Shown: piece by piece, positions 24,858-32,930 of the stretch
Position numbering within the stretch: the stretch's first letter is position 1
How the letters are laid out: each line of letters begins with the position of its first letter
From: a virus
Virus record (IMG/VR): IMGVR_UViG_3300047178_000166
Location: 1-50,636 of that record
DNA: 50,636 nt
Reading direction: 5' to 3' (one strand)
Made by a program: the position numbers and the translations under genes
Notes under the pieces: model-generated
Told to the model about the DNA's origin: nothing
Database searches by the model: none
What the model saw: only the letters and a program-made list of their open reading frames with translations

Positions 24858-26573
24858 ATGGCATACCGCATCAGCAGGATACCGAACGCGCCCGTCGCCC
24901 CGGGGCGCGGGCTCGCGCTGCCGTCCCCCGGGGGACGGCCCAGGCACCTCGCGGGGCTCCAGGGCGGGCTCCAGGGCGCGGCTTTTCCTTACGACGCCGC
25001 CGCGATCACGACCCCGGAGTTCGGGGAGTGGCTGCCCTCCATCCGTGGCCCGGACATGGAGATCAACTACTGGCGCGACCGCATGGTCGCCCGCTCCAGG
25101 GACCTCGTTCGAAACGACGGCTGGTGCTCCGGCTCCATCACCCGGATACTGGACTCCCTGCTCGGCGGCAGCTACCGCCTCGCCTGCATGCCCGACTACC
25201 GCTTCCTCGCGCGGCAGGGTGGCCCGTCATACGATGCGGTGTGGGCCGAGGAATTCCGGCAGTTCGTTGAGGGCGAGTGGCGCGCCTGGAGCGAGGATAT
25301 CGGCCATTGGAACGACGCGACCGGCGAGATGACGGTCACTCAGCAGTTCCGTCAGTTCCTCTGGCACTACCTCGTCGACGGTGACGGCTTCGCGGTCTGC
25401 TACAGCCTTCCCGACCAGATCGGGCGGGGTGCCGCGAAATACGCGACCAGCTGGCAGGTCATCGACCCGGACCGCCTGAGCAACCCGAACAACATGGTCG
25501 ACCAGAAGCACCTGCGGGGCGGCGTCGAGCTGAACGAGCGCGGTCGGCCAATCGCCTACCACGTCCGGAAGGCGGAACAGAACTCGTGGTACGAGGCCGT
25601 CGAGTCGGTGACGTGGGAGCGCATCGAACGCGACGACCCGGACGGCTGGCAGAGGGCGATTCACCATCACTCCCGCGAGAGGGCCGGGCAGCATCGCGGC
25701 CTCGGAATCTTCCTTCCCGTCCTGGGGCGGCTGAAGATGCTCGCGAAATACTACGGGACCGAGCTCCAGGCCGCCGCCATCGCATCGACGTTCGGCACCT
25801 ACATCACTTCTCCTTTCGACCCGCAGCTCGTCGAGAGCGCGCTGGACGCGGGCAGCGACGGCGCGGGCGAGGCTTGGAGCTACTATCAGGGCATCCGCAG
25901 CGACTTCCACGAGCAGCACCGTCCGCAGCTCAACGGAGCGACAATCCCCACGCTCGCGCCGGGCGAAAAAATCGAGACCGTATCAGCAGAAAGGCCCAAT
26001 TCCGCGTTCAGCGACTTCACGCACGAGATGCTGAGGGGCGTGGCGTCCTGCATCAACGTCTCTTACGAGCAGCTGACGCAGGACTACTCGGAAACCAACT
26101 ACAGCAGCGCGCGTGCTGCCGTGGCCGAGACGGAGCGAAGCATCCGCCGCCGCCTTGCAGAGTTCAACTCCGGCTGCGCCAACAAGGTCTATGCGAACTT
26201 CCTCCAGGAGGTATTCGAGCAGGGCAAGGTGCCGCTGCCGCGCGGTGCCGTCGACTTCCTCGACGCGCGCACGGCCTACGCGCGCTGCCTGTGGCGCGGC
26301 CCCGGCGCGGGCCTGATCGACGGCCTGAAGGAGCGTCAGGCGACCGGGCTCGGCCTCGACCTGGGCCTTACGACGCTCCAGGAAGCCGTCGCGGGCGAGA
26401 GCGGTGCGGACTGGCAGGAGGTGCTCGAGCAGCGCGCCATCGAGCTCGCCAAGTGCAAGGAGCTCGGCCTTCCGCCCCCGAGCTGGTCGGCCCCGCCGCC
26501 GGGCTCCGGAGGGACGGACGACGACGAGGGCAAGGGGAAGAACGCGACCCCGACGCCGCCGCAGGCGAAGTAG
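24858..26573 (+). CDS. Portal protein, lambda family
   Basis: 571 aa. INYWRDRMVARSRDLVRNDGWCSGSITRILDSLLG fits the lambda-type portal N-terminal region. The position is as expected. Confidence 0.85.
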   Translation: MAYRISRIPNAPVAPGRGLALPSPGGRPRHLAGLQGGLQGAAFPYDAAAITTPEFGEWLPSIRGPDMEINYWRDRMVARSRDLVRNDGWCSGSITRILDSLLGGSYRLACMPDYRFLARQGGPSYDAVWAEEFRQFVEGEWRAWSEDIGHWNDATGEMTVTQQFRQFLWHYLVDGDGFAVCYSLPDQIGRGAAKYATSWQVIDPDRLSNPNNMVDQKHLRGGVELNERGRPIAYHVRKAEQNSWYEAVESVTWERIERDDPDGWQRAIHHHSRERAGQHRGLGIFLPVLGRLKMLAKYYGTELQAAAIASTFGTYITSPFDPQLVESALDAGSDGAGEAWSYYQGIRSDFHEQHRPQLNGATIPTLAPGEKIETVSAERPNSAFSDFTHEMLRGVASCINVSYEQLTQDYSETNYSSARAAVAETERSIRRRLAEFNSGCANKVYANFLQEVFEQGKVPLPRGAVDFLDARTAYARCLWRGPGAGLIDGLKERQATGLGLDLGLTTLQEAVAGESGADWQEVLEQRAIELAKCKELGLPPPSWSAPPPGSGGTDDDEGKGKNATPTPPQAK

Positions 26574-26583
26574 GAGACGGTCG

Positions 26584-26823
26584 ATGAGGCGGGGGCAGTC
26601 GGGGACCTGGTGGATCGTCAACCTGAGCTACCCCGGGGAGCCGCCCGTCTATTGGACGGCCGACGTGCGTGGCCAGGGGCATCACGGACTGTCCTTCGAT
26701 CACCGGCAGGCGGCGCAGTTCGACACGCCCGAGCAGGCACACTTCAACGCCCGCCTGCTCGGGCTGGCCGACGCGCTGCCGCACTACCGGGTCGAACACC
26801 ACGCCTGGATCGACGGCGTCTAG
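26584..26823 (+). CDS. Hypothetical protein (79 aa)
   Basis: ATG at 26584 with AGGAG 7 nt upstream. Confidence 0.5.
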   Translation: MRRGQSGTWWIVNLSYPGEPPVYWTADVRGQGHHGLSFDHRQAAQFDTPEQAHFNARLLGLADALPHYRVEHHAWIDGV

Positions 26824-26862
26824 TTGACGCTTGCGTCCGTTGTCCCTACCATCAGGGACAAG
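26824..26862 (+). promoter_or_regulatory. Promoter-operator module 2
   Basis: TTGACG, 17-nt spacer, TACCAT, overlapped by the palindrome TTGTCCCT-ACCATC-AGGGACAA at 26840-26861. It is nearly identical to the reverse complement of module 1. Confidence 0.6.
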
Positions 26863-26987
26863 AGGGCAGTTCCCTCGGCACCACACGGAGACGCACCAAT
26901 GCGAGAAAAAGAATCCCCGCCGCACGCACGACCCTGACTACTACGACCTGCCGCTTCCGAACGGCCTCACCCTCGGCCGTAGCGCGG

Positions 26988-27746
26988 TCAGGGCGATACC
27001 CTTTTCTTGATAGCATCAAGGTAACCCGTCTCGCGCTCGATACCAATGGCACGGAATCCTCCAGCCAACGCAGCTGACAACGTGCTGCCGCTCCCGGCGA
27101 ACGGGTCCAGCACGAGGCCGCCCGGTGGGGTAACTACTTCGATGAGGCACCCCAGAAGTTCGGCTGGCTTCTCCGTGGGGTGGTCGCCGTTACGGACAGG
27201 CTTGCAGGACAGCACGTTGCCGATGTCGCGACGCTGCGGCGGATTGCCCGTTCCGTTCGTGAAATGCAGCACGAACTCATGTTGATTGCGGAAGCAGGAG
27301 CCCATGCCGAAATAGGTCTTGTTCCACACCAGAACGCCGCAGTGCTTCAGGTCGGCACTCTCGATTGCGGCTGCCAGATGCGGAGCCATGCGCCAGTCGA
27401 TAAAAACCAGGGCGTGGCCTCCGGGAACCAGCAGATCGCGCCATAGCAAGGCACACTCCCGCATCATCCATACAAAGCTATGCGCCGTCAGGGCGTCATT
27501 GCCAAACCAATCGGCGGCACCCATTCCACGTGTCATGGCCTTCCTAGTCCCCTTGGATGCCTCCATCCTGGTGCCGCTGGAATACGGAGGGTCGGTTACA
27601 ACCGAGTCCACGCGGACGCCACGGTCTACCAATGCCCGCATGACCTGCAAGCAGTCGCCAATATAAATCTCGGATTGGCCATTATCGTGCGCCGGTGCCA
27701 GGGTAATGCTGGGAGCCTCTATGCTCAGTTTGGTGAGATTGGTCAT
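26988..27746 (-). CDS. Beta-class amino DNA methyltransferase (N6-adenine or N4-cytosine), orphan
   Basis: ATG at 27746 after AAGGAG. DPPY comes first (VVTDPPYSS), then HPTEKP and FAGSGST at the C-terminus. The region looks lower in GC than its neighbours. Confidence 0.85.
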   Translation of the reverse strand: MTNLTKLSIEAPSITLAPAHDNGQSEIYIGDCLQVMRALVDRGVRVDSVVTDPPYSSGTRMEASKGTRKAMTRGMGAADWFGNDALTAHSFVWMMRECALLWRDLLVPGGHALVFIDWRMAPHLAAAIESADLKHCGVLVWNKTYFGMGSCFRNQHEFVLHFTNGTGNPPQRRDIGNVLSCKPVRNGDHPTEKPAELLGCLIEVVTPPGGLVLDPFAGSGSTLSAALAGGFRAIGIERETGYLDAIKKRVSP

Positions 27747-27796
27747 GCGAGTCTCCTTCGGTATGGCAACGGCAAACCTTCGCTGCCGTCGATGCA
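27744..27796 (-). repeat. Duplicated leader cassette, copy 1 (ends exactly at the methyltransferase ATG)
   Basis: 31 nt (one mismatch), a 10-nt variable block, then 12 identical nt, compared with 28042-28094. Confidence 0.85.
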
Positions 27797-27810
27797 AGAT
27801 GCGTTGGCCT

Positions 27811-28044
27811 TCACCGTCTCGCGGCCGAGCCAGCCGCAGCGTCCCTCCACCGAGGATTTCTCAGGGGGACCCCGCCGTCAAAGGATTTATTCGTGGGCGC
27901 GCAACGCGTGGCTTGCGAGAGGGGGGGGCGTCCGCCCCGGCGATCTCGAGCGCGAGGGCGGCTGAACCGTGACGTGCTCCGCTCCTCCTTAGAGAGCAGG
28001 CGCAGGACAAGGATATCTTCCGGGCTCAGGTCTTCGAGTTTCAT
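27811..28044 (-). CDS. Hypothetical small protein (77 aa)
   Basis: Its ATG sits at the same position in the duplicated leader cassette as the methyltransferase ATG. The C-terminal half is low complexity. Confidence 0.35.
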   Translation of the reverse strand: MKLEDLSPEDILVLRLLSKEERSTSRFSRPRARDRRGGRPPLSQATRCAPTNKSFDGGVPLRNPRWRDAAAGSAARR

Positions 28045-28094
28045 GCGAGTCGCCTTCGGTATGGCAACGGCAGCCCCTCAGAGCCGTCGATGCA
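28042..28094 (-). repeat. Duplicated leader cassette, copy 2
   Basis: See copy 1. Confidence 0.85.
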
Positions 28095-28185
28095 GGGCCG
28101 GGGCCGCTCCGCAGGGGGCGGCCCTTTCCTTTTGCGCTGGCCGCAGAGGGCGCGGGGTGCGATCCTGTCGGCCGGGAGGAAGGTC

Positions 28186-28422
28186 ATGGGAGAGATCAGG
28201 CGCATCGTCGGGGGCTACGCGGCCTACCGTGGCGGGGTCCTCCTGCCGGGACGCTACGCGACCGCCCTGGCCGCCCGCGCCGCCCTCTTGATCGATGCCC
28301 AGGACCTGGAGCGCGCCGCCGCCAGCTGCGCCCCCGGCACCGTACCGTTCCAGGTCCTGGCCGACCTGTTCGACGCCGGGGACCAGAGGTCCCTGAGCGA
28401 CATGATGACCGCGCCGCCCTGA
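28186..28422 (+). CDS. Hypothetical protein (78 aa)
   Basis: ATG at 28186 after GGGAGGAAGG. Confidence 0.5.
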   Translation: MGEIRRIVGGYAAYRGGVLLPGRYATALAARAALLIDAQDLERAAASCAPGTVPFQVLADLFDAGDQRSLSDMMTAPP

Positions 28423-28469
28423 AGACGTCCGGGCCCGGCAAGGAAAATCCTTGCGTGGCGGTCGCATGT

Positions 28470-28745
28470 GTCCCCCTACGGGAAACCCGAATGGCCCGCC
28501 ACGGGCCACGGGAACGCGAAAAACGGCATGCCCGAAAACTCGTCACGGGGCACCCAGGGCGGGCACAATACGGGCCCGCGCACGGGGATACGGGAAACCC
28601 GAAACGGCCGCATAGCGCGAGGTGATTACCGAGAACAAAAGTTATCGGTAATCCCGTCCAAAGGTGACGCATGCAGCTGTTACGATAACAGTTACCGTAA
28701 CAGCTTGCCGTAACGTTATCCTGTAACGTTATCAGGTTTCGTTAC
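28470..28745. repeat. Repeat-dense, lower-GC non-coding region
   Basis: ACGGGAAACCCGAA-type repeats lie at 28478-28491, 28508-28526 and 28590-28607. A 9-bp inverted repeat GATTACCGA/TCGGTAATC lies at 28624-28653. A GTTAC/GTAAC array follows: 28679-28689, palindrome 28691-28701, and tandem GTAACGTTATC at 28710-28720 and 28723-28733. Confidence 0.85.
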
Positions 28746-28749
28746 AGGA

Positions 28750-28938
28750 TCACCGCTCCAGCCTGCCCATCGCCGCCGCCGCCTCGCGTGCGCGCGCGAG
28801 CTGCTCAAGGAGGATATCGGCGTCCCGCAGGTAGAGCTCGGACAGGTAGGTCGCGCCCGGCGTGTCGTGGCGCACGACGACCCGGTTCGGCAGGGCGAAC
28901 GCCTGGAAGCTGCTCTCGTGGTCCATGCCCGCAGGCAT
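28750..28938 (-). CDS. Hypothetical small protein (62 aa)
   Basis: The ORF has protein-like composition. GGAGGA lies 12 nt upstream of the ATG, which is a long spacing. Confidence 0.4.
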   Translation of the reverse strand: MPAGMDHESSFQAFALPNRVVVRHDTPGATYLSELYLRDADILLEQLARAREAAAAMGRLER

Positions 28939-28969
28939 GCCGCCCGCGAGTCCTCCAGCCCGAACGAAG

Positions 28970-28997
28970 AAGGGGCACCCCGAGCGGGGTGCCCCTT
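28970..28997 (-). terminator. Strong hairpin after the 392-aa gene
   Basis: AAGGGGCACCCC-GAGC-GGGGTGCCCCTT, a 12-bp perfect stem. On the minus strand it is followed by CTTCGTTCG. Confidence 0.6.
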
Positions 28998-29022
28998 GCC
29001 GTTCCGAGACGGGCGCGACGGG

Positions 29023-30201
29023 TCAGGCGTCGGCCAGCGACGACCTGATCCGGGCCAGCGACGCCTCTGCGCGGGTCGCCCGGAGCTCGGCAGCGGCGAC
29101 GCGGGATTCCGCGTCACGGGCGCGCGCCTCTGCCTCGGCGACCCGCTGCCCGATGGCGAGCAGCATGGCCGCGAGGTCGTCGGTCGGCCGGGCGACCTGC
29201 TCCGGCTCCCGCAGGATGACCTGCTGGTCAGCCACGGGCACCGGGTCGAGCGTGATGCCGACCTTCGGGGTGAAGGTCGTGTCGAGGCTCTCTGCGGGCG
29301 ACGCCTTGGTGATGGAGTAGATCGCGCCCGTCGAGACACCGAAACGGCTGGCGATCTCGCTGACCTTCATGCCGCCGTCTCGCATGGCCCTGGCCGCCGC
29401 ATGGTTGATCCGGCGACTTCTGTAGGGCTTGCGACCCTTCAGCGTGAGGGCCGTGTCGGGGGATTCTGCGACTGGCTGCGCTGGCGCGGCGACCTTCGGG
29501 CCGAACGTCGTGCCGGTGACCTCCGAGACGAACGGCAGTCGGTGCTCGGCGGACACCGAGCGGAAGTTCACGCCGAGCTTCTTGGCCAGCGCGCCCTGCG
29601 ATTTCACGGTCCCCGAGGTGATGGCGTCGTAGGCCTCGGACGCGAGCATGCGTCCGATCATGCGGCCGGAGGCCTCGGGGCGGTGCGAGTTCGTGGTGGT
29701 CTGCATGGGGAGGTTTTCCTTTTCAGCTTCATGGCGGGCTAGGCGGCGATAGACGTAGGCGGGCGTGAATCCGTAGAGCTCCGCGAGCTCCCTGCCGTTC
29801 TTGGCGGCACCCGCCCTGAGCAGCTCTGCGGCCTCGGCAGCGGGGAACGGCTTCCGCTTGGCCCGGGTCGGCGCGATGACGTCCGGAGCGGCCTGCGGCA
29901 CGTCCGGTGCCAGCTCCAGCTCTTCCCGCAAGTGCTCGACGGGCGGGAAAAGGTCGAGGACCTGGGCCGTCTCATCCGGTGGGGCGACGTAAGTGCTGGT
30001 TTCGATGCGCTTGATCCGGCCCATCATCAGCTTGCGAAAACCATCGTCGACCGAGCTCGGGAGCGTGGTCACGACCCCCGATTCCGGCCATAGGATCCGC
30101 AAATGGTTAGTCCCGTTCCTCTCCAGGAGCGTCCAACCCCGGGCCTTGGCCCACAGGGCCAGCCCCCTCTCTCCGCTGGTGCGGAACTGTAGCTGCGGCA
30201 T
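29023..30201 (-). CDS. Multi-HTH DNA-binding protein with HicA-like N-terminal domain and C-terminal coiled coil (392 aa)
   Basis: LALWAKARGWTLLERNGTNHLRILWPESGVVTTLPSS resembles the HicA/YcfA fold pattern. HTH-like segments are RELAELYGFTPAYVYRRL, QGALAKKLGVNFRSV and VSEIASRFGVSTGAIYSI. The tail is Ala/Arg/Glu-rich. Confidence 0.5.
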   Translation of the reverse strand: MPQLQFRTSGERGLALWAKARGWTLLERNGTNHLRILWPESGVVTTLPSSVDDGFRKLMMGRIKRIETSTYVAPPDETAQVLDLFPPVEHLREELELAPDVPQAAPDVIAPTRAKRKPFPAAEAAELLRAGAAKNGRELAELYGFTPAYVYRRLARHEAEKENLPMQTTTNSHRPEASGRMIGRMLASEAYDAITSGTVKSQGALAKKLGVNFRSVSAEHRLPFVSEVTGTTFGPKVAAPAQPVAESPDTALTLKGRKPYRSRRINHAAARAMRDGGMKVSEIASRFGVSTGAIYSITKASPAESLDTTFTPKVGITLDPVPVADQQVILREPEQVARPTDDLAAMLLAIGQRVAEAEARARDAESRVAAAELRATRAEASLARIRSSLADA

Positions 30202-30248
30202 GTCTTTCTTCCTCCGTGTGGCGACGGCCGACCTTGTGTTAGGTCCTT

Positions 30249-30289
30249 TTCGGATATCCCGTCAATGGATTTCCTTCGGGATATCCGAA
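30249..30289. promoter_or_regulatory. 13-bp perfect inverted repeat in a divergent intergenic region
   Basis: TTCGGATATCCCG, 15-nt spacer, CGGGATATCCGAA. Each arm contains the palindrome GGATATCC. TTGACA lies at about 30334. Confidence 0.55.
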
Positions 30290-30377
30290 TGCAAGGACAA
30301 GCGAATCCTTGCGGTTTTCCCGTTGACACCCGCCGCGCGCCGCCCTTCCCTGTCGCTCCAGCAAGGAGAAGCACCAC

Positions 30378-30842
30378 GTGTTCACAGTCATCACGGAGGT
30401 CGAGGACTACGATCTCGACACGGACAACGCCCTGATCGCGACCTACGACGCCTGGGGCGAGGTCACCGACCGCCGCAGCGTCGGGGCCGTGCCGACGCAC
30501 GAAGACGCCGTGCAGGTGCACCCCGAGCTCTGCCTGCTGGCCGACGCCTTCGCGCACTTGGCCGAGTGCGCGGGGCTGGTGCCCGACGACAACCGGACCA
30601 TAGCGCACCTCTACCAGAACTCGCGGGGAGCCGCCCTGGAAGCGGCCGAGGCGACCCTGCGTACTGCCGCCTGCATGTCGATGGACATGACGTCGAAGCA
30701 GCTCCATCGGCAGGATCGGCTGACCGGGTGGGCGTCCGACATTCGGTCCGAGAGCCGGGTGCCGTGGGTCTGCAAGGCGCACGCCGACGCCGTTGATGCT
30801 GCCGTCAGGCGCAGGGCCCGTACGGTGCCGCTGCCCGTCTGA
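30378..30842 (+). CDS. Hypothetical protein (154 aa)
   Basis: GTG at 30378 with AAGGAG 9 nt upstream. Confidence 0.55.
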   Translation: MFTVITEVEDYDLDTDNALIATYDAWGEVTDRRSVGAVPTHEDAVQVHPELCLLADAFAHLAECAGLVPDDNRTIAHLYQNSRGAALEAAEATLRTAACMSMDMTSKQLHRQDRLTGWASDIRSESRVPWVCKAHADAVDAAVRRRARTVPLPV

Positions 30843-31023
30843 CGGGAAAGGCCGTCCCCGGCAACAGGGACGGCCTTCGTGAACTTCGGGCGTGTGGTCC
30901 GGGAGGGGCTGCACGGTGCACACGGCCAAAGGAAAGCCGCTGCGTATCGCGTTCGGATAAGCCCCGCCCTTCCGGCCCGACTGTTGCCCCGATGCTTGCA
31001 CCGGGCGTCCGGGGCGTAACCCC

Positions 31024-31278
31024 CTACTTGTGGTCGGCGGCGTTTTCCTTGGCGATCTCTGCCTCTAGCCAGGCATCGACCTGCGCGCACGCCTTTTCGT
31101 AGGCGTCCCTGTCCTGTGTCGCGAGACGCCTGATCTCGAGGGGCGCGGACGTCGCGTGGCAGAAGGTGCCGACCGCGACCCAGCCCTCCCAGCCGCTGCT
31201 CCGGACCTGTCGGCCCGTCTCCCGGCAGTTCTCGCGTATGCCCTCCACGGCGTATCTGGCGACCTTGGCGAGGCGCAT
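31024..31278 (-). CDS. Hypothetical protein (84 aa)
   Basis: ATG at 31278 after GGAGAA. The rest of the long ORF 31024..32211 is antisense shadow of the protease gene. Confidence 0.5.
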   Translation of the reverse strand: MRLAKVARYAVEGIRENCRETGRQVRSSGWEGWVAVGTFCHATSAPLEIRRLATQDRDAYEKACAQVDAWLEAEIAKENAADHK

Positions 31279-31383
31279 TCGGTTTCTCCGTTGCCCTCCA
31301 GCGTCGCCCGTCCCGGCCCCCGCCGCAAGCCGTCCTTTGCCCGGGAGCTGCGGGCGTGAAGGATTCGCGCCGGAGGGCCTGCC

Positions 31384-32289
31384 GTGTCCCGTTTCGCGTT
31401 CCTCGCGCAAAAGCTCTACAACTGCCCGTTGGCGATCACCCCCGAGAAGGGGGAGATGGTCGCGGCCGCGCTCGCGGAGCGGCTGGGCGTGTCCCGCTTC
31501 CGCAGGTCGAGCGGCGAGACGGTGCCGCTGGCCCCGGCCGCGTGGATGGACGACGACGAGGACGTCAGCTCGGCCAGGGCCCGCCGCAAGGAGGACCAGG
31601 GCTACGACGTAGTGTCCGGGGTCGCGGTCATCCCCGTCCGGGGCACCCTGGTCCAAAGGCTCGGGTCGGTGCGTCCCTACTGCGGCATGACCGGCTACGA
31701 CGGCATCCGGCTTTCGGTGATGTGCGCGCTGTCGGACGAGAAAGTCGATGCGATCGTCCTCGACATCGACTCCCCCGGTGGGGAGGTATGCGGATGCTTC
31801 GACTTGGTGGACACCATCTACAACGCGCGCGGCATCAAGCCGATCTGGTCGATTTTGAACGAGAGCGCGTTCAGCGCGGCCTACGCGATCGCCTCTGCCG
31901 CCGACGTCGTGACCGTCCCCCGCACCGGGGGCACCGGGAGCGTCGGGGTGATCCTGATGCACACCGATATCAGCAAGGCCCTCTCGAAGGAGGGCGTGAC
32001 CGTGACCCTGATCACCTACGGCGACCGCAAGGGCGAGGGCTCCAGCTACGCCCCCCTCGCGGACGAGGCCCTGTCCCGGCTCCAGGCCGACGTCGACGCG
32101 ATGGGCGACCTGTTCGTGCAGACCGTGGCGAGAAACAGGGGCATCCCCGCGAAGCAGGTCCGAGACACGGAAGCGGGAACTTTTCTCGGGAGCGCGGGAG
32201 TCGCGGGCCAATACGCTGACCGCGTGATGAGCCCCGACCAGGCGTTCCGCGCGCTGCTCGCGTCGCTGCCTTCGAAGAGGAAAAACTGA
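31384..32289 (+). CDS. Head maturation protease, S49 (SppA/ClpP-like) family
   Basis: IVLDIDSPGGEV and ESAFSAAYAIASAAD are motifs typical of S49 prohead proteases. Confidence 0.85.
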   Translation: MSRFAFLAQKLYNCPLAITPEKGEMVAAALAERLGVSRFRRSSGETVPLAPAAWMDDDEDVSSARARRKEDQGYDVVSGVAVIPVRGTLVQRLGSVRPYCGMTGYDGIRLSVMCALSDEKVDAIVLDIDSPGGEVCGCFDLVDTIYNARGIKPIWSILNESAFSAAYAIASAADVVTVPRTGGTGSVGVILMHTDISKALSKEGVTVTLITYGDRKGEGSSYAPLADEALSRLQADVDAMGDLFVQTVARNRGIPAKQVRDTEAGTFLGSAGVAGQYADRVMSPDQAFRALLASLPSKRKN

Positions 32290-32915
32290 TGCCTAAGGAA
32301 ATCGAGGCCGCAGCCAACGCCGCCGCGCTGAGCTTCGCGCACCTGGCGGGCCTTGCCCGTCCCGCTGCCGCAGCCGCCGAGGACGACAAGGAAGACAAGG
32401 ACGCCCCGCCCGTCGAGGACGACTCCGGGAAGGGCAAGAAGGCAAAGGGCAAGGCGAAGGGCAAGACCGCCGCCGACGACCAGACGGACGATGCCGACGA
32501 GGGCATGGAGTCCGACAAGAACGATGCAGACGACGAGGACGCCGACGCCGACGAAGGCGACGACGAGCGCGAGGAAGGTCCCAAGGAGAAGGGCAAGAAA
32601 GCGAAGTCCGCCGCCGCCCGCTCGGTGCCGACCGCCGCGTCCGCCCGCGCCGCCGAGCGCAACCGCTGGGCCGCCGTGCTCAGCCACGCGTCCTTTGCGA
32701 AGGCCCCGGCGGTCGCCGCGAAGCTGCTCGCGAGCACCGACCTCCCCGCCTCGGCGATCGTTGACGCGCTGGCCGAGCTCCCGGCGTCCGGTGCCTCGGG
32801 AGCCGCAGGCCGCGCCGCCCGCAACCCGAGCATCGGCACGGCGGGCGGCAGCACCCCGGCCCCGACTTCCTCCATGGTCGCCGCTCTCGAGCGCGCTTCC
32901 GCCCGCCGCAAGTAA
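32289..32915 (+). CDS. Highly acidic/Lys-rich scaffold-like protein
   Basis: It sits between protease and decoration/capsid genes. There is an Asp/Glu/Lys low-complexity core. The start is coupled (TGATG). Confidence 0.5.
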   Translation: MPKEIEAAANAAALSFAHLAGLARPAAAAAEDDKEDKDAPPVEDDSGKGKKAKGKAKGKTAADDQTDDADEGMESDKNDADDEDADADEGDDEREEGPKEKGKKAKSAAARSVPTAASARAAERNRWAAVLSHASFAKAPAVAAKLLASTDLPASAIVDALAELPASGASGAAGRAARNPSIGTAGGSTPAPTSSMVAALERASARRK

Positions 32916-32930
32916 AAGGAGCGCGAACAA

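Noticed and set aside
31279-32211. Upstream 310 codons of ORF 31024..32211 (minus)
   Set aside because: It is antisense to the well-supported S49 protease gene. Only the last 84 codons, from ATG 31278 with its RBS, are plausible.
32289-32915. Highly acidic protein as a DNA-mimic anti-restriction factor
   Set aside because: It sits in the scaffold position between protease and decoration/capsid genes. It has Lys-rich as well as acidic tracts, and its C-terminal region looks like a head-assembly protein. A scaffold role is more parsimonious.
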